DNA of 63,150 nucleotides, counting the filler, from Hausera hauseri (taxonomy: Eukaryota), in the NCBI GenBank assembly GCA_046269625.1. It is 12 parts of 12 records of this genome, joined end to end, with 100 filler letters (N's around TTAATTAATTAA, not from the genome) between each part and the next. Parts side by side here need not be neighbours in the genome. Positions count along the whole stretch, not along the records: positions 1 to 4,605 come from JBJURY010508796.1; positions 4,706 to 9,581 come from JBJURY010406478.1; positions 9,682 to 15,140 come from JBJURY010250181.1; 9 more parts are not named here. One strand, written 5' to 3'. Both the position numbers and the translations under genes were made by a program. The notes below the pieces were generated by a model. It had not been told where the DNA came from. It was given only the letters and a program-made list of their open reading frames with translations, and searched no databases. Positions 1 through 10,622 of this stretch are shown here, one piece after another; within the stretch, counting starts at the first letter, position 1, and the number at the start of each line of letters is the position of its first letter.

Positions 1-74
<74 letters not shown>
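1..74. repeat. (CTAA)n tetranucleotide microsatellite at contig start
   Basis: Perfect CTAA repeats read directly from base 1. Confidence 0.97.
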
Positions 75-337
75 GTTTCACTGTTTTCACTGCCAGTTGT
101 GAAAGAAGTTTCTCAAAACTTATACTAAGGTATCACAAATTAGAAGCAGGTGATTTTACGTGAATTTACGTAAGCTAAAGTTGAATTCGTTTTAACGTAC
201 TTCAAATGCATGTGCAGTTGGTGGTAAGGGGTTCGTCACTGGGCTGTGGTATAGACTCAGACAATGCTAATAATAAACTGGTGGGGGCCGCATTACTTGT
301 CTTGCCGAAGCGCTGGTAACTCACGTTACGCCACTAC

Positions 338-991
338 TGTCATAGTACATTATACCCTCCTTTGATATCTTCATAATGAATCTCCCCATGTATCCAACTA
401 ATCCATTATCAAATGTTAATCTACTTCCCAAGCAAAAATAAATCAAGCAGACTTTTTTCATAAGATCAGCGAGTCATCAAAGTCAATTTTCCCGTCTAGT
501 GGACGGTTGTTTGACAAATCTCTGTTGACCTAGCGTCTAGGCTACGTAGATGAAGCCATTAAATCTAACAACCACTCTATTCAGTGAGTATTGTCATCAG
601 TTCTTTTGACAGAGATGCTAGACGGAGCGTCTGTAGAAAGTCTGATGACTCACTATCACAGAGTCGTTAGTTAAAATGTTCTATTGTCTTCAATAGAGTC
701 TGCTTATATAGCCGCAGCCCAGACTAATGACTAATTTTTCTAAATTTATTTACAATTCTTCATAATACATTCAGCTTCCTCTCATTATTTCTATTTTTAC
801 AATTTGTCATCGTTTAGTTATATGGTTTATTTATATGATATCATAAACTATTAATATTCGGCTGATTAAATTTCTAATTACAACATCGTAAACTACTAAT
901 ATTCGGCTGATTCAATTTCTGATTATAGAAATTTCTAATTACATTTGGGTTTGCTCCATTAGTCTAAATTACGTTGATGCATGCTGTTACA
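338..991 (-). repeat. Putative 3' LTR of an LTR retrotransposon
   Basis: Minus strand starts TGTAAC directly after the purine tract GGAGGAGAAA. It contains GCGGCTATATAAG (TATA-like, ~703-715) and has a candidate end ...CTATGACA at 338. No second LTR is available for confirmation, so the distal end is tentative. Confidence 0.6.
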
Positions 992-1001
992 TTTCTCCTC
1001 C
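992..1001 (-). promoter_or_regulatory. Polypurine tract (PPT)
   Basis: GGAGGAGAAA immediately before TG. The last ORF (987-1298) runs through it, which is typical of Gypsy 3' ends. Confidence 0.65.
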
Positions 1002-3569
1002 ACGAGCGGCATCCTCGAAGGAGCCTATTGCGTCAGAAGAGGTGGTGCCCAATGTTCTAGGTTGTCGTAATAGGTTTAACCTTCGTCGCAGATCAGTATC
1101 ATCTTCTGGTTGGTTTTGGTTAGTTATAGGGTTTGTTTCCAAATTATATCTATAATGAGGTTTGATACGGACGACTCGGGTATAGTTTCCATTCGAGTAA
1201 TATTTTAAATCCGTGGCCTCTGCCATACTGGACACGTTGTTTTTCCATTGTCGAGTGTCCACTTCTCCAGACAATCTCGACAGTATTGGTTTCGGCATAT
1301 TTTGCTATCTAATATTACATAACCTTGTCTTAGATCAGCGTCGCATACAGGACATTCATTATCTTTTTGCCCCAATCGTCTCTATCCAAGGCTACCTGGA
1401 TCGTTAATTCAATTGGTTTGAATACAAGACCATCCCCGTCTTGATACAGGTATCCATGGATTGCCTTTTGTTGAGGGTTAACTAAACTTTTCCGTGGGTC
1501 ACAATTTACTTGTATTAACGTCCAATCTGCCATGAAGTCTCGATCTAAATCGGGAACTTTTCCTTCTATGCGATATTTCTGATATTGTTTTTTCAGTAGT
1601 ATCCGGATTTGCTTATCTACCGGAACTATTATCTTCCCTGTCCTTCTTGAGAGAAAAACCGAGGTGAGATAGTTTCCTAATTTGGGATTTTCCCAGATAT
1701 ATGTATTTTCGAAAACTTCTGTTATCGGGTCGACCTTTATATAAAACATAGCCTTCTTTATCATCTTCTTACTGCAATACTTCGCCGAGTTCTGGGTGGT
1801 TTTGCAATGGACATTTTTGCCAATCTTGTTTTTTAGAAGGACATTAATCTCGGTTATCATAGGCTCGACGGTTTGTTGGACTGTTTGGGAGGTACTAGGC
1901 TGGGCCTCATCTTCAAGCTTTTCTTCCTTTCTTTTTGGTCTGAATATGTAGTTGTAGATAGACGGTATCTTCTTGTGTTGGGTTTTCTCTTCTATTTTTG
2001 TTTCTTTGTGGGGTTTGCCGTTTCCGTTTCGTTTCGAGGTTTTTGTATCTTCAGTAGCTCGTTTAATTTCTTATATATTTCCGCTTCTTTTCTTGTTCTC
2101 GTAATATCTGTTTCCTGTGCTTCTTGGGATTTTTGGGGAACTGCACTAAGGTTTTGATGGCCTGTCTCTCGTGTGATCTTCGTCGGAAAATAAGGTATGA
2201 TTCTTTTCCTGTACTTCATGTCTAGATTTTCGGATATTAACGTGCTACATAAGTTGTGAATAAGATCTTCTAGGGCCCATTCGTGTTCCCATTTCAGTTG
2301 CCTATAAATCCCTTGTAAGTATTGAGAACATTGGCTAGCAGTTAGACATCTGTCAATTCTATCCGAGCTTTGAGTCATTGCCTCTATTGTCAATTTCAAG
2401 AAGGCTTCTGTGGCTGTCGGTCGCGGTCGATTTCTTCTTTGCAGGGTTTTCTCAATTTGGTCCTGAAGTACTGGGTGGGTAGCCGTTTCTCTACCTCCAG
2501 CAATATTTTTATTAGTTAATTCTAATAATTCTATGGATCATTGAACGTTATACCCTGCTAGCATACATCCGTAAAGGAAGTTTTCCGACTCTAAGCGGAC
2601 CCTCTTGATATCTCTTCCTCCTATGAGTTGGTCCTTTTTCAAGCCTGTTACTTCGGCATAAGATTCTTGGACATGTTTTCTGGAGTTTATTGTTGTGGCG
2701 TACATTTCGCTTCCATCCCTTTTTTTAATGGGTATTTCTATGGGAATTCCATAACCATCGTCTCCTCTTCCGCAATTTATCGCAATAATCTTTACGTTTC
2801 GACCGTCCTGTACTAGTCTGTATGACTGGCGGTGTGTCTTTTTCGGCTTCAGATGGGATTTGTTTAAATGTTAAGGGTGGAATTTGTAGGTCATAGTTTT
2901 CTCTGTATACCACCTCTATCATCAATTTAACAGGATGAGCAGTTACTCTAAACTCTAGGTCATGGTTAATTCGCTGTAGACCTTCGCTATTTAATTCGAA
3001 TGTACTAAATCGGTATTGGCGCCCTTCGTTGAAGTTCCAAGGTTGCTTTTCTATTCTATAATATATTTCCATATCACCTAGGTGGATGAATACATCTTCC
3101 GTTTTAGTGGTCCTATTCCGGATCAGTTCTTTTAGGCAATACGACTTAGTCTGATTATCTTCGCGCATTGCATATAAAAAACTACGCGATTTTCTTCGGT
3201 AACGCCTTTCACGTCATTTGGTATTTCGTTTACTTTCAAGTATTCGGCGTACGTTTCTGTTTGTAATGCGTCATTTATTCTTCTGTATATGGCTTTCGTC
3301 TTTGGGATGAAGACTGTTGCATGTTTTCGTAGAAATTCGTCGACACTAATTCGGCTGTTCGTGCCTACCATTCTAAAAAAAATATGAAATAAGGGTTAAT
3401 CCTATAATAAAGTATTGTTCTAAATCTGAACCAATTCTTTGTTAGATTGTGGAATAACTCAACCTGTAATTGTCAGGTTACTCCATCATTGATTTCATCC
3501 TGTGGCACCATCACCCTTAATACCCTCTCGGTGATTTTATTACGCTTATTACAACAGTTTTGGTAGTCA

Positions 3570-4200
3570 ATCGACAAGACGCAATCAAAATTATGAGAGC
3601 AAATGTTAACGTTCCAATAATCGATATTAATTACAAAGATGTCCATTTAGTTAAATTTCTCGTTTTAACGGTAATTATAATTTCGTCTCTCGTCTCCTCA
3701 TTAGTCGGTGGTTCCGTTAAGAAAATCTCATTTAAGTTTCATACCTTAAATGTTCTACTTTGTTTGTTCTGTGCACCTATTTGTATTATGTAGTCGGTTT
3801 TAGGTTTCAAGTAGGTACATTTGATTCGATAGCTACCTTTAGCCAATGTTACCTTCTGATTATTGTATAATGTTCGGCAGATTATTTCTACGTCGAAATT
3901 AAGTGCTTCTTCCACAATGAACGTTATGTCATGTTGTTGTATCCAGTATTTTATCGGAATAATTTCTAGATTCTTCTGAGGTACCCCGCTTGTCTAGAAG
4001 ATTCTTCTGGAAATTGAAGTAGTCGTATTCGTTCTTGTAGTCATAATTCTACTTGTCGTTGTTTGAGGCAAAATTCCCCAAATTAGATTTTCCAGTTGGT
4101 AACTTTCTAAGAAGATACTTGGCTGGTTTTGTCGAACTTTATATACGTCTAGTCGAATTCTATGTTTATGTCCCTGAGGTAACTTGTAACACTTATTCGG
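3570..4200 (-). pseudogene. Membrane-protein remnant: FN3-like repeat(s), Thr-rich stalk and TM helix
   Basis: Manual translation gives KCYKLPQGHKHRIRLDVY, TTTSRIMTTRTNTTTS, IKCTYLKPKTDYIIQIGAQN (FN3 LxPxTxY-x-AxN pattern), then LISIIGTLTFALIILIASC. The frame has internal stops. Confidence 0.45.
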
Positions 4201-4605
4201 TCCATCGGCGTCAATTTGATAATATTGTTGGTTATGAGCTGTTTTGTCTCCTTTTATGAATTGAACCGTGATTACTCGTCCTTTAGTTAATCATCCTTTT
4301 GTTTATTTGGATATAGTTACCCTTTGGTTTTTCCATTACACTGGCTATATTCTTATCTAGCATCCGTTTTAATGGGTCGATAGACTGGAACATATCTTCC
4401 GACTCTATATTAAGGTAGTCTCCATAAGTTCGTAGTATAACTAGGTGTGAATTCAATTTTATTTCGGCATGTAGATTATTACAGTTTCGCAGATATGAAC
4501 GGTAACTGAGCGCGTAAGAATGTCTGTATTATATGCTGCAGCAAATTTTATCGTCTTCTGGCTCGAAGGTACATTCGGCCTCGGCTTGGCTTAATAGGTC
4601 GTGGA

Positions 4606-4705
4606 NNNNNNNNNNNNNNNNNNNNNNNNNNNNNNNNNNNNNNNNNNNNTTAATTAATTAANNNNNNNNNNNNNNNNNNNNNNNNNNNNNNNNNNNNNNN
4701 NNNNN
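4606..4705. other. Artificial contig linker (also 9582-9681, 15141-15240, 19844-19943, 25032-25131, 29295-29394, 37797-37896, 42641-42740, 47736-47835, 52224-52323, 57200-57299)
   Basis: Identical 44N + TTAATTAATTAA + 44N blocks that place stops in all six frames. Confidence 0.99.
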
Positions 4706-6924
4706 TTCGACGATATGTTACGTAACCTGACGACGTCAGATGTTGGAGGTCGGAAAAATGAATCGAATTGGATAATTAGCTTGCTTACCTTAATGATGCT
4801 AATCAAGCATATAAGCGCAGTAAACGTCTACGATTGCGATAAGTTTAAATTAGGATAGAGATATTCCCTAATGTACCTGGAAGCATGCGAGGACTCCAGA
4901 CGGCACAAATTGGAAACAAGAGAGAAAAGTTACTTTCTGTACCAACAACAAGAATTGTTAGACGGAATGGAATGATGTTGAGACGATCACGTAGTATCTT
5001 TCACTGTGGACTAATACACGGACATTCTTCCATAATTAAGCCAACTACTCAGCTAATTCCAATGAATTTAAAACGCCAACACTGCAAACAAGCCAAAGAG
5101 AATGGAAGGGTACAATGGGAGAGTATGATATTGGAAATGCAACCAGGGAAGATAATCAGAGCATACAAAGTAGTGGCTGGAAGGTTGGATATGCACACCG
5201 GACATTGTAATAGAGCAGAATACGATACCGGAAAAGGATTAGAACCAAACGTGGTGGTTGTGGATTTCTACGAATCAGAAATGCGATCACAAAATGGTAA
5301 TGTTTCATAGTGTCACTAAGTTTTACACAGAGAATCAAAAATATCATTTACAAGATGGAACCTGTGCTTTTAGAAGTTCAGTTATAATATGGGAACCTCC
5401 CTCTGGAAGATGCTGTAACTTTATCAAAATTAAAGAGTTAAAGTTTAATAAAACTACTCGAAAACGATATGTAGACAAATCGGAGACTAATTCGAGAACA
5501 CGCGAAGATGTATCGGAACAACCTATGCCGACTATATTAATCTAAGACCCGCATAGATAAAAATTTATAAAAAAGAGATGATGACTCGTTGCGATGTAGT
5601 AATGTTCGCCATAAACTATGAAGCATTCTTTGTAACCAAAACGGAGATAAACACGAGGACCTACAAGTTGGAAAAGCAAGATGTTCGAATTGAGGACTAC
5701 CTGAAAAATAGAGACGATTATTTCTACTATAAAGGACAAGTCGGAATAACAGAATTATATCATAAAATGATAATGAATGACTGCAAATTGGATACAGAAA
5801 TCATGAGAACTAAAATGGCTCTTATATATGCAAACCCAGAATTGGCTTCTCCAACAATTCCCATGAGAGAAGGAATTTTCGGTCGAGTTACGGGCGAAGT
5901 ATTACTAACCTATAAATGTGAAAAGAGAGAAGTTCCCATCAACGTAGAAGAGAAACGTTGTATCCAGGAACTTGCTGTTATTTATCAGAATACTCCGAGA
6001 TTAGCTACACCATTGACGAGAGTGTTGTTGGATAACGCGACACAACCAACCATTCTTAAGAATTGTAAAGCAAACTTAGGAGAGCCCATGTTTAGACGTA
6101 GTGAAACAGACTGGGTTAGTTTACATAATGGAGGTATTACCGCCTCTCCCAACAAGTTGACAGGGACGAATCTCGCGAAGGGGATTACAGACGATAAATT
6201 TCAAGACACCTCGTCAAAAGGTATATACAAGCCAAAAGAAATTGAGGCTTTCAGACAATTCCTCGCCTTTCCACGACAACAAACACATGAGTTGAATCGA
6301 GCTATGGCGTCTGTAGTAGACGAAACACCATATCAGGCCAAATGGGAATCATTACTTGGCGTAAACCACTATCAGAGAGCAACAGCAGAAATACTATTCA
6401 AAATTTGGGGAAGCTTTTTAATTTTTGGACAAGCCGCATCAGGATTTTTAGCCATATATTTTCTGATATAAATGATTAAGGCAGTCATCCAAGCACTAAT
6501 AAATGGATACGAAATATTTACACTAACCGGTTTTTCATGTAAAATTCTGACTGCAATAATAACGCCTTTTGGAAAATTTTTAAAAGCATACGAAGAGAGT
6601 AGATGGATATCGGACGTAGAACGCCATGTCGGATATCATAATCGTAATCGGAAACGAAAATTTACAAAATTTATTACACAAAGGAATAATTCAGATGATG
6701 ACGAGCCTAAGGACGAAGTACTTTCGGGAATAAATAGACATAAGATGTACTCTGTCGTAAAAGCGCCATTGCCCATGTTACCTCCTACCGCTCCATTCTA
6801 CGAGGATTGTGACAAACGATCCATGAGCTCATATCAGACGGAAATCTATAAAAGAACAATTAATGTAGAAGATCCTTATGAGGAGACAAAACGCTACGGA
6901 ATTCTACGGAAAATGTGCTACTGA
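4706..6924 (+). pseudogene. env: Envelope glycoprotein, chuvirus-G-like (class III fusogen family)
   Basis: Hydrophobic leader WIISLLTLMMLI, then VYDC, FHCGLIHGHSS, GEVLLTYKC, CIQELAV, PLTRVL, GIYKPKEIEAFRQFLAFP and the hydrophobic C-terminal IWGSFLIFGQAASGFLAIYFLI...INGYEIF. This motif series is characteristic of chuvirus and chuvirus-like retroelement glycoproteins. Several frameshifts and stops. Confidence 0.8.
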
Positions 6925-7172
6925 CAATCCACAGATGATCCCAGGATATTGTACTCACCGAGGGAACCTCGGAATATAGAAACTAGATCAATGGTTTCGG
7001 ACAACCCAAGGTTAAAAACTTTCAAGAATACTGAATTACATACTAATAATCGAGAAACATTAATTAGTACACATGAAGCGGAAGAAGTACACAGAAAACA
7101 ACGAATTATACCCAAACGAAGAATTAAGACAATTATCAGAGAATATAATATCCTCCCCTGAAATCCGAATTA

Positions 7173-7790
7173 ATGGACACAAGATATCGGCGGCGAAACA
7201 CTCAGGATACACCGAACTGTTTCGGAACAGTAATAGAAGGGAGACCCTTCACCAAAATCATTATTGATGATTGGGAAGTTTATGCCTTAATCGATACAGG
7301 ATCGGAAATGTCCTACATTAAAAATGAGTCAATACTTCAAACGTTAAGAGGACAATTATACCCTCCATCCGCAAAAGACCCAGGAAGTACGGGAGCTTCT
7401 GGCCAAATGTCGAAACGAATGTTTAAATGGAACCCGAAAGTTCAATTAGTTGGACAATTTTTCCGACATGAATTTGCGGTTATGGAGCAATTAACCGACG
7501 ACGTAGTTTTAGGATGTGATTTGCTGAAGAGACTGCCAAATATAGCAATCGACTTACAAACCGGAAAGTTAATAGAAATCAGACCAAACAAAGGTGTGAA
7601 AAACGCTAAGGATAGAAAATTTGGAGAAGTGTCGATACCAGTGGACGAAAACATTCCACCAAGAACAGAAATGATAATTTATGCCCAGATACAGCAAGAC
7701 AACGATCAACCAGTGTACTTTGAACCAAGAGATACGTTAGATCCGAATATATTACTTAGCAACGTATTAACAAGAGTGCACTCCAGTTGA
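7173..7790 (+). pseudogene. Retroviral-type aspartic protease plus spacer
   Basis: ALIDTGSEMSYI active site and DVVLGCDLL flap-distal motif. Confidence 0.9.
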
Positions 7791-8100
7791 GTACCAATCA
7801 GAATAGCTAATAACGCGCAAACTTCCATCAAGCTCCATGCTTATACTACCTTAGGAGACACGTAGAGTATCGTCGATAACTATTGAAGAAAAGCCTTATA
7901 AGTATGCCGAATTTCCACCTCATGTCGAAACTAAGTTTTCACCTGAGTCTTATTGTCGATTCTACAAATTATTATGCCGATATAAATCAATTATTGCTAA
8001 GGACGAAGAAGATATCGGTAGAGCGAAGGCACTAAAACTAACTATTCCGCTTAAGAAAAAGTCTGGTTCAAATGAAGAGATAGACCTTGAGGATCAAAAA

Positions 8101-9581
8101 ATGCCAAAATGGTACCCTCCGCCGCATTCATTAAGGCCCGAAATAACAAAAGAAGTCGAACAAATGCTTAAGGCAGACATAATCAGGCCTAGATATAGAT
8201 CTTGGTATTCACCCATCCTCATGGTCAAGAAGAAAGGTACCACGAAACATCAATTTTGTATTGATTACAGAGCTTTAAATAATCTTATAATGAAAGACTC
8301 TTTCCCACTGCCATCAGTAAAGGAAGCATTAGATCGACTCTCAGGAGCAAAATGGTTTACCATTCTGGATTTACAATCCGGATACTGGCAAGTGAAGATA
8401 GAGGACGAAGACCGCTATAAGACGGCATTCAAAACACACGATAGTGTGTATGAATTTAACGTTATGCCATTCGGTATTACTACCGGACCAGCCATATTTA
8501 CGAGAATGATGAACAAAATGCTAATGGGACTGCATCACGCTTTTGCGTACTTAGATGACGTAATAATAGCGTCAAGGACAGAAGAGGAGCACTTAAATGA
8601 TACTGAGCATACGTTAATGAAATTTGAACAAGCTGGACAGAAATAAAATCCGAAGAAGTGAAAATGGTCTCAAAACGCTGTATCCTACCTTGGCCATATA
8701 GTTGGAGAAGAAAGATCAAAACCAGATAAATCGTTGCTAAATAAAATATCAGACTGTATGGAACCGCAAAATCAAAAAGAGCTAACGCACTGGTTAGGAC
8801 TATGTGGATATTATGCAACTTATGTGCCAGATAATTCAAAAATAAATGCATTATTATATCGTTTACTCAAGAAAGGAATTAAATGGAAATGTACAGACGT
8901 CAAACAGAAAGCTTTCGATGAGATGAGGAAGATATTAACAAGTGAACCTGTTTTACAATACCAAGATTTTAACTTATCTTTCATAATCAAGACAGACGCC
9001 AGTAAAGTAGGCATTGGATACGAATTATCGCAGAAAAGAGAAGATGAAGAATTAGAACACCCAATTGCTTGTGGAGGACGTTCTTTGAAAAAGGCCGATA
9101 AGAATTACTTTGTTACCGAACTAGAAACTCTAGTTGTAAAAGAAGTACTTCGATATTTCAATGTTTACGTATATGGTCAGAAAATTATAATTGTCACTGA
9201 TCACAAGGCCGTTACCCGACCTGTAGACTTTACAGATGGATTGAAGAAATATCAAGATACAATATTGAATTCCAGTATAAGCCAGGGAATAAACATGTAA
9301 ACTCGGACGCACTATCAAGATTAAAGACTAAAACGAGTGCGATTACAGTAATGAAGAAAAGTCAGCTTTAGGAAATAATAGATCGCCAAAGCACCTTAAC
9401 GACAGATAAGGCCATTAAAATTTCAACAAAACAAAGGAAGGATAAAATCATCCAGCAGATTATAAAATTTGCTAAAAAGGATGTTGTACCGAAGGGACGA
9501 CAGCTAAAGAAACATTTACACAGACATGGACATAAATATTGCGTCTTAAATGACAAGAGCAATAAGGATATTTTATATTAC
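8101..9581 (+). pseudogene. pol: Reverse transcriptase and RNase H (Ty3/Gypsy), disrupted
   Basis: SPILMVKKK, FCIDYRALN, LDLQSGYWQ, MPFG, YLDD, then KTDASKVGIG, ELETL and TDHKA. Frameshifts near 8646 and 9215. Confidence 0.93.
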
Positions 9582-10384
9582 NNNNNNNNNNNNNNNNNNN
9601 NNNNNNNNNNNNNNNNNNNNNNNNNTTAATTAATTAANNNNNNNNNNNNNNNNNNNNNNNNNNNNNNNNNNNNNNNNNNNNGTTTATTTTATCATTGTTT
9701 TTTTTGTGTGTGTGTGTGTGTATGTATAAGGTAGAATTGCACAAAGTTGGTATGGGAGGTCACCAAGAAAACATGGTGGCCAAGTGAGGTGTGGTAGATT
9801 CATTTGTCCCATTAGTTTGCGCAAAGGTGATCAGAAAAGTACTTGTATAAAATAAATTTCCTATAACATTTTGTATTAATTATTGGAGGTTATTTTATGT
9901 TTAAAAAATTCAGTTGATTTTGGAAGATTATTTGCTAGAAATACATTTTGTGCTCTAAAGTATTTACTCACATTAGTTTTGGTTTTGATTTGCTTTTTTT
10001 AACTTTCAGGTGTTTATTGAATATAAAGCTATAGTGACGATGTGGATATCTAGAACTACTCTTCAGCATCTTGGAGTGACTCTGACGGCTTGAAGAGCTA
10101 CCAAACTAATCACAATTATTTCTTTTCATAGCATAGTTGGCCATGTTGGCTTGATGCTAATGCTCAGTTGAGCAAATCTTTTTTCTATACTAGTCACCTT
10201 GTTATGTATTTTTAAAGTTATATTAAATCTGCTATTGTTTCATTTTGTGTGCTTGCTTTTAGCATAGCTGAGCATTGTAGCTACACAGTGAGCTGGAGAA
10301 AATTACAGGAATTGTATTGAACAATAGAAGTCTGTTTTATGTGCTCATGAAGTATAAAATACTGCATGTTGTGCATAAGTAATA

Positions 10385-10622
10385 TTGTCGCTACCATCAT
10401 AAGTTATCAAGTGTGAAAATGGCTACTTTTTCAGGAAAGCCAAAAAAAAAAAAATGTTTTAATTGTGAATATAAAATCAGCACCAGGTAAAAATAAATTT
10501 TTTTGTATTTTTGCTGTGCTGTTTTGGATCCTTTTTACTTATGTTATTCAGAATACAGGCACAAGGTATCGAATATAAAATTACATTTTTTCACACTCAA
10601 TAGTTTGTGATGGTAGCAATGA
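10385..10622. mobile_element. Small MITE-like element with ~35-bp imperfect terminal inverted repeats
   Basis: TTGTCGCTACCATCATAAGTTATCAAGTGTGAAAA versus TTTTCACACTCAATAGTTTGTGATGGTAGCAATGA (approximate reverse complement). No TSD found. Confidence 0.35.

Larger units (their letters stand above)
987..4605 (-). pseudogene. Decayed accessory coding region at the 3' end of an LTR element (fragments 3132-3371, 2725-3168, 1992-2399, 1330-1860, 987-1298)
   Basis: Chain of A-rich, same-strand ORF fragments broken by stops and frameshifts, running into the PPT/LTR. No pol motifs. Confidence 0.55.
4706..9581 (+). mobile_element. Decayed Ty3/Gypsy LTR retroelement fragment, order env-PR-RT-RH (copy A)
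   Basis: Glycoprotein motifs, then LIDTGS protease, YLDD reverse transcriptase and TDAS...ELE...TDH RNase H. Closely similar to 25132-29294. Confidence 0.92.

Noticed and set aside
1-74. (CTAA)n as a telomere
   Set aside because: TTAG is not a telomere unit I can support for animals (TTAGG, TTAGGG, TTAGGC). An ordinary microsatellite that broke the assembly is simpler.
640-672. CTGATGA followed by a hairpin as a hammerhead ribozyme (also CTGACGA at ~48215)
   Set aside because: No GAAA core after stem II and no supportable stems I and III.
1873-2157. Hydrophobic plus-strand ORF, and similar antisense ORFs over pol, gag and spire1
   Set aside because: These are shadow frames of A-rich coding sequence on the opposite strand.
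4606-4705. Regularly recurring TTAATTAATTAA palindrome as a biological repeat or CRISPR-like array
   Set aside because: It always sits in identical N padding, so it is an artificial joining linker. Adjacency across linkers carries no meaning.
10100-10195. WPCWLDANAQLSKSFFYT as a BIR-domain fragment
   Set aside because: Short and weak, with flanking stops and no CxxC/H/C ligands.
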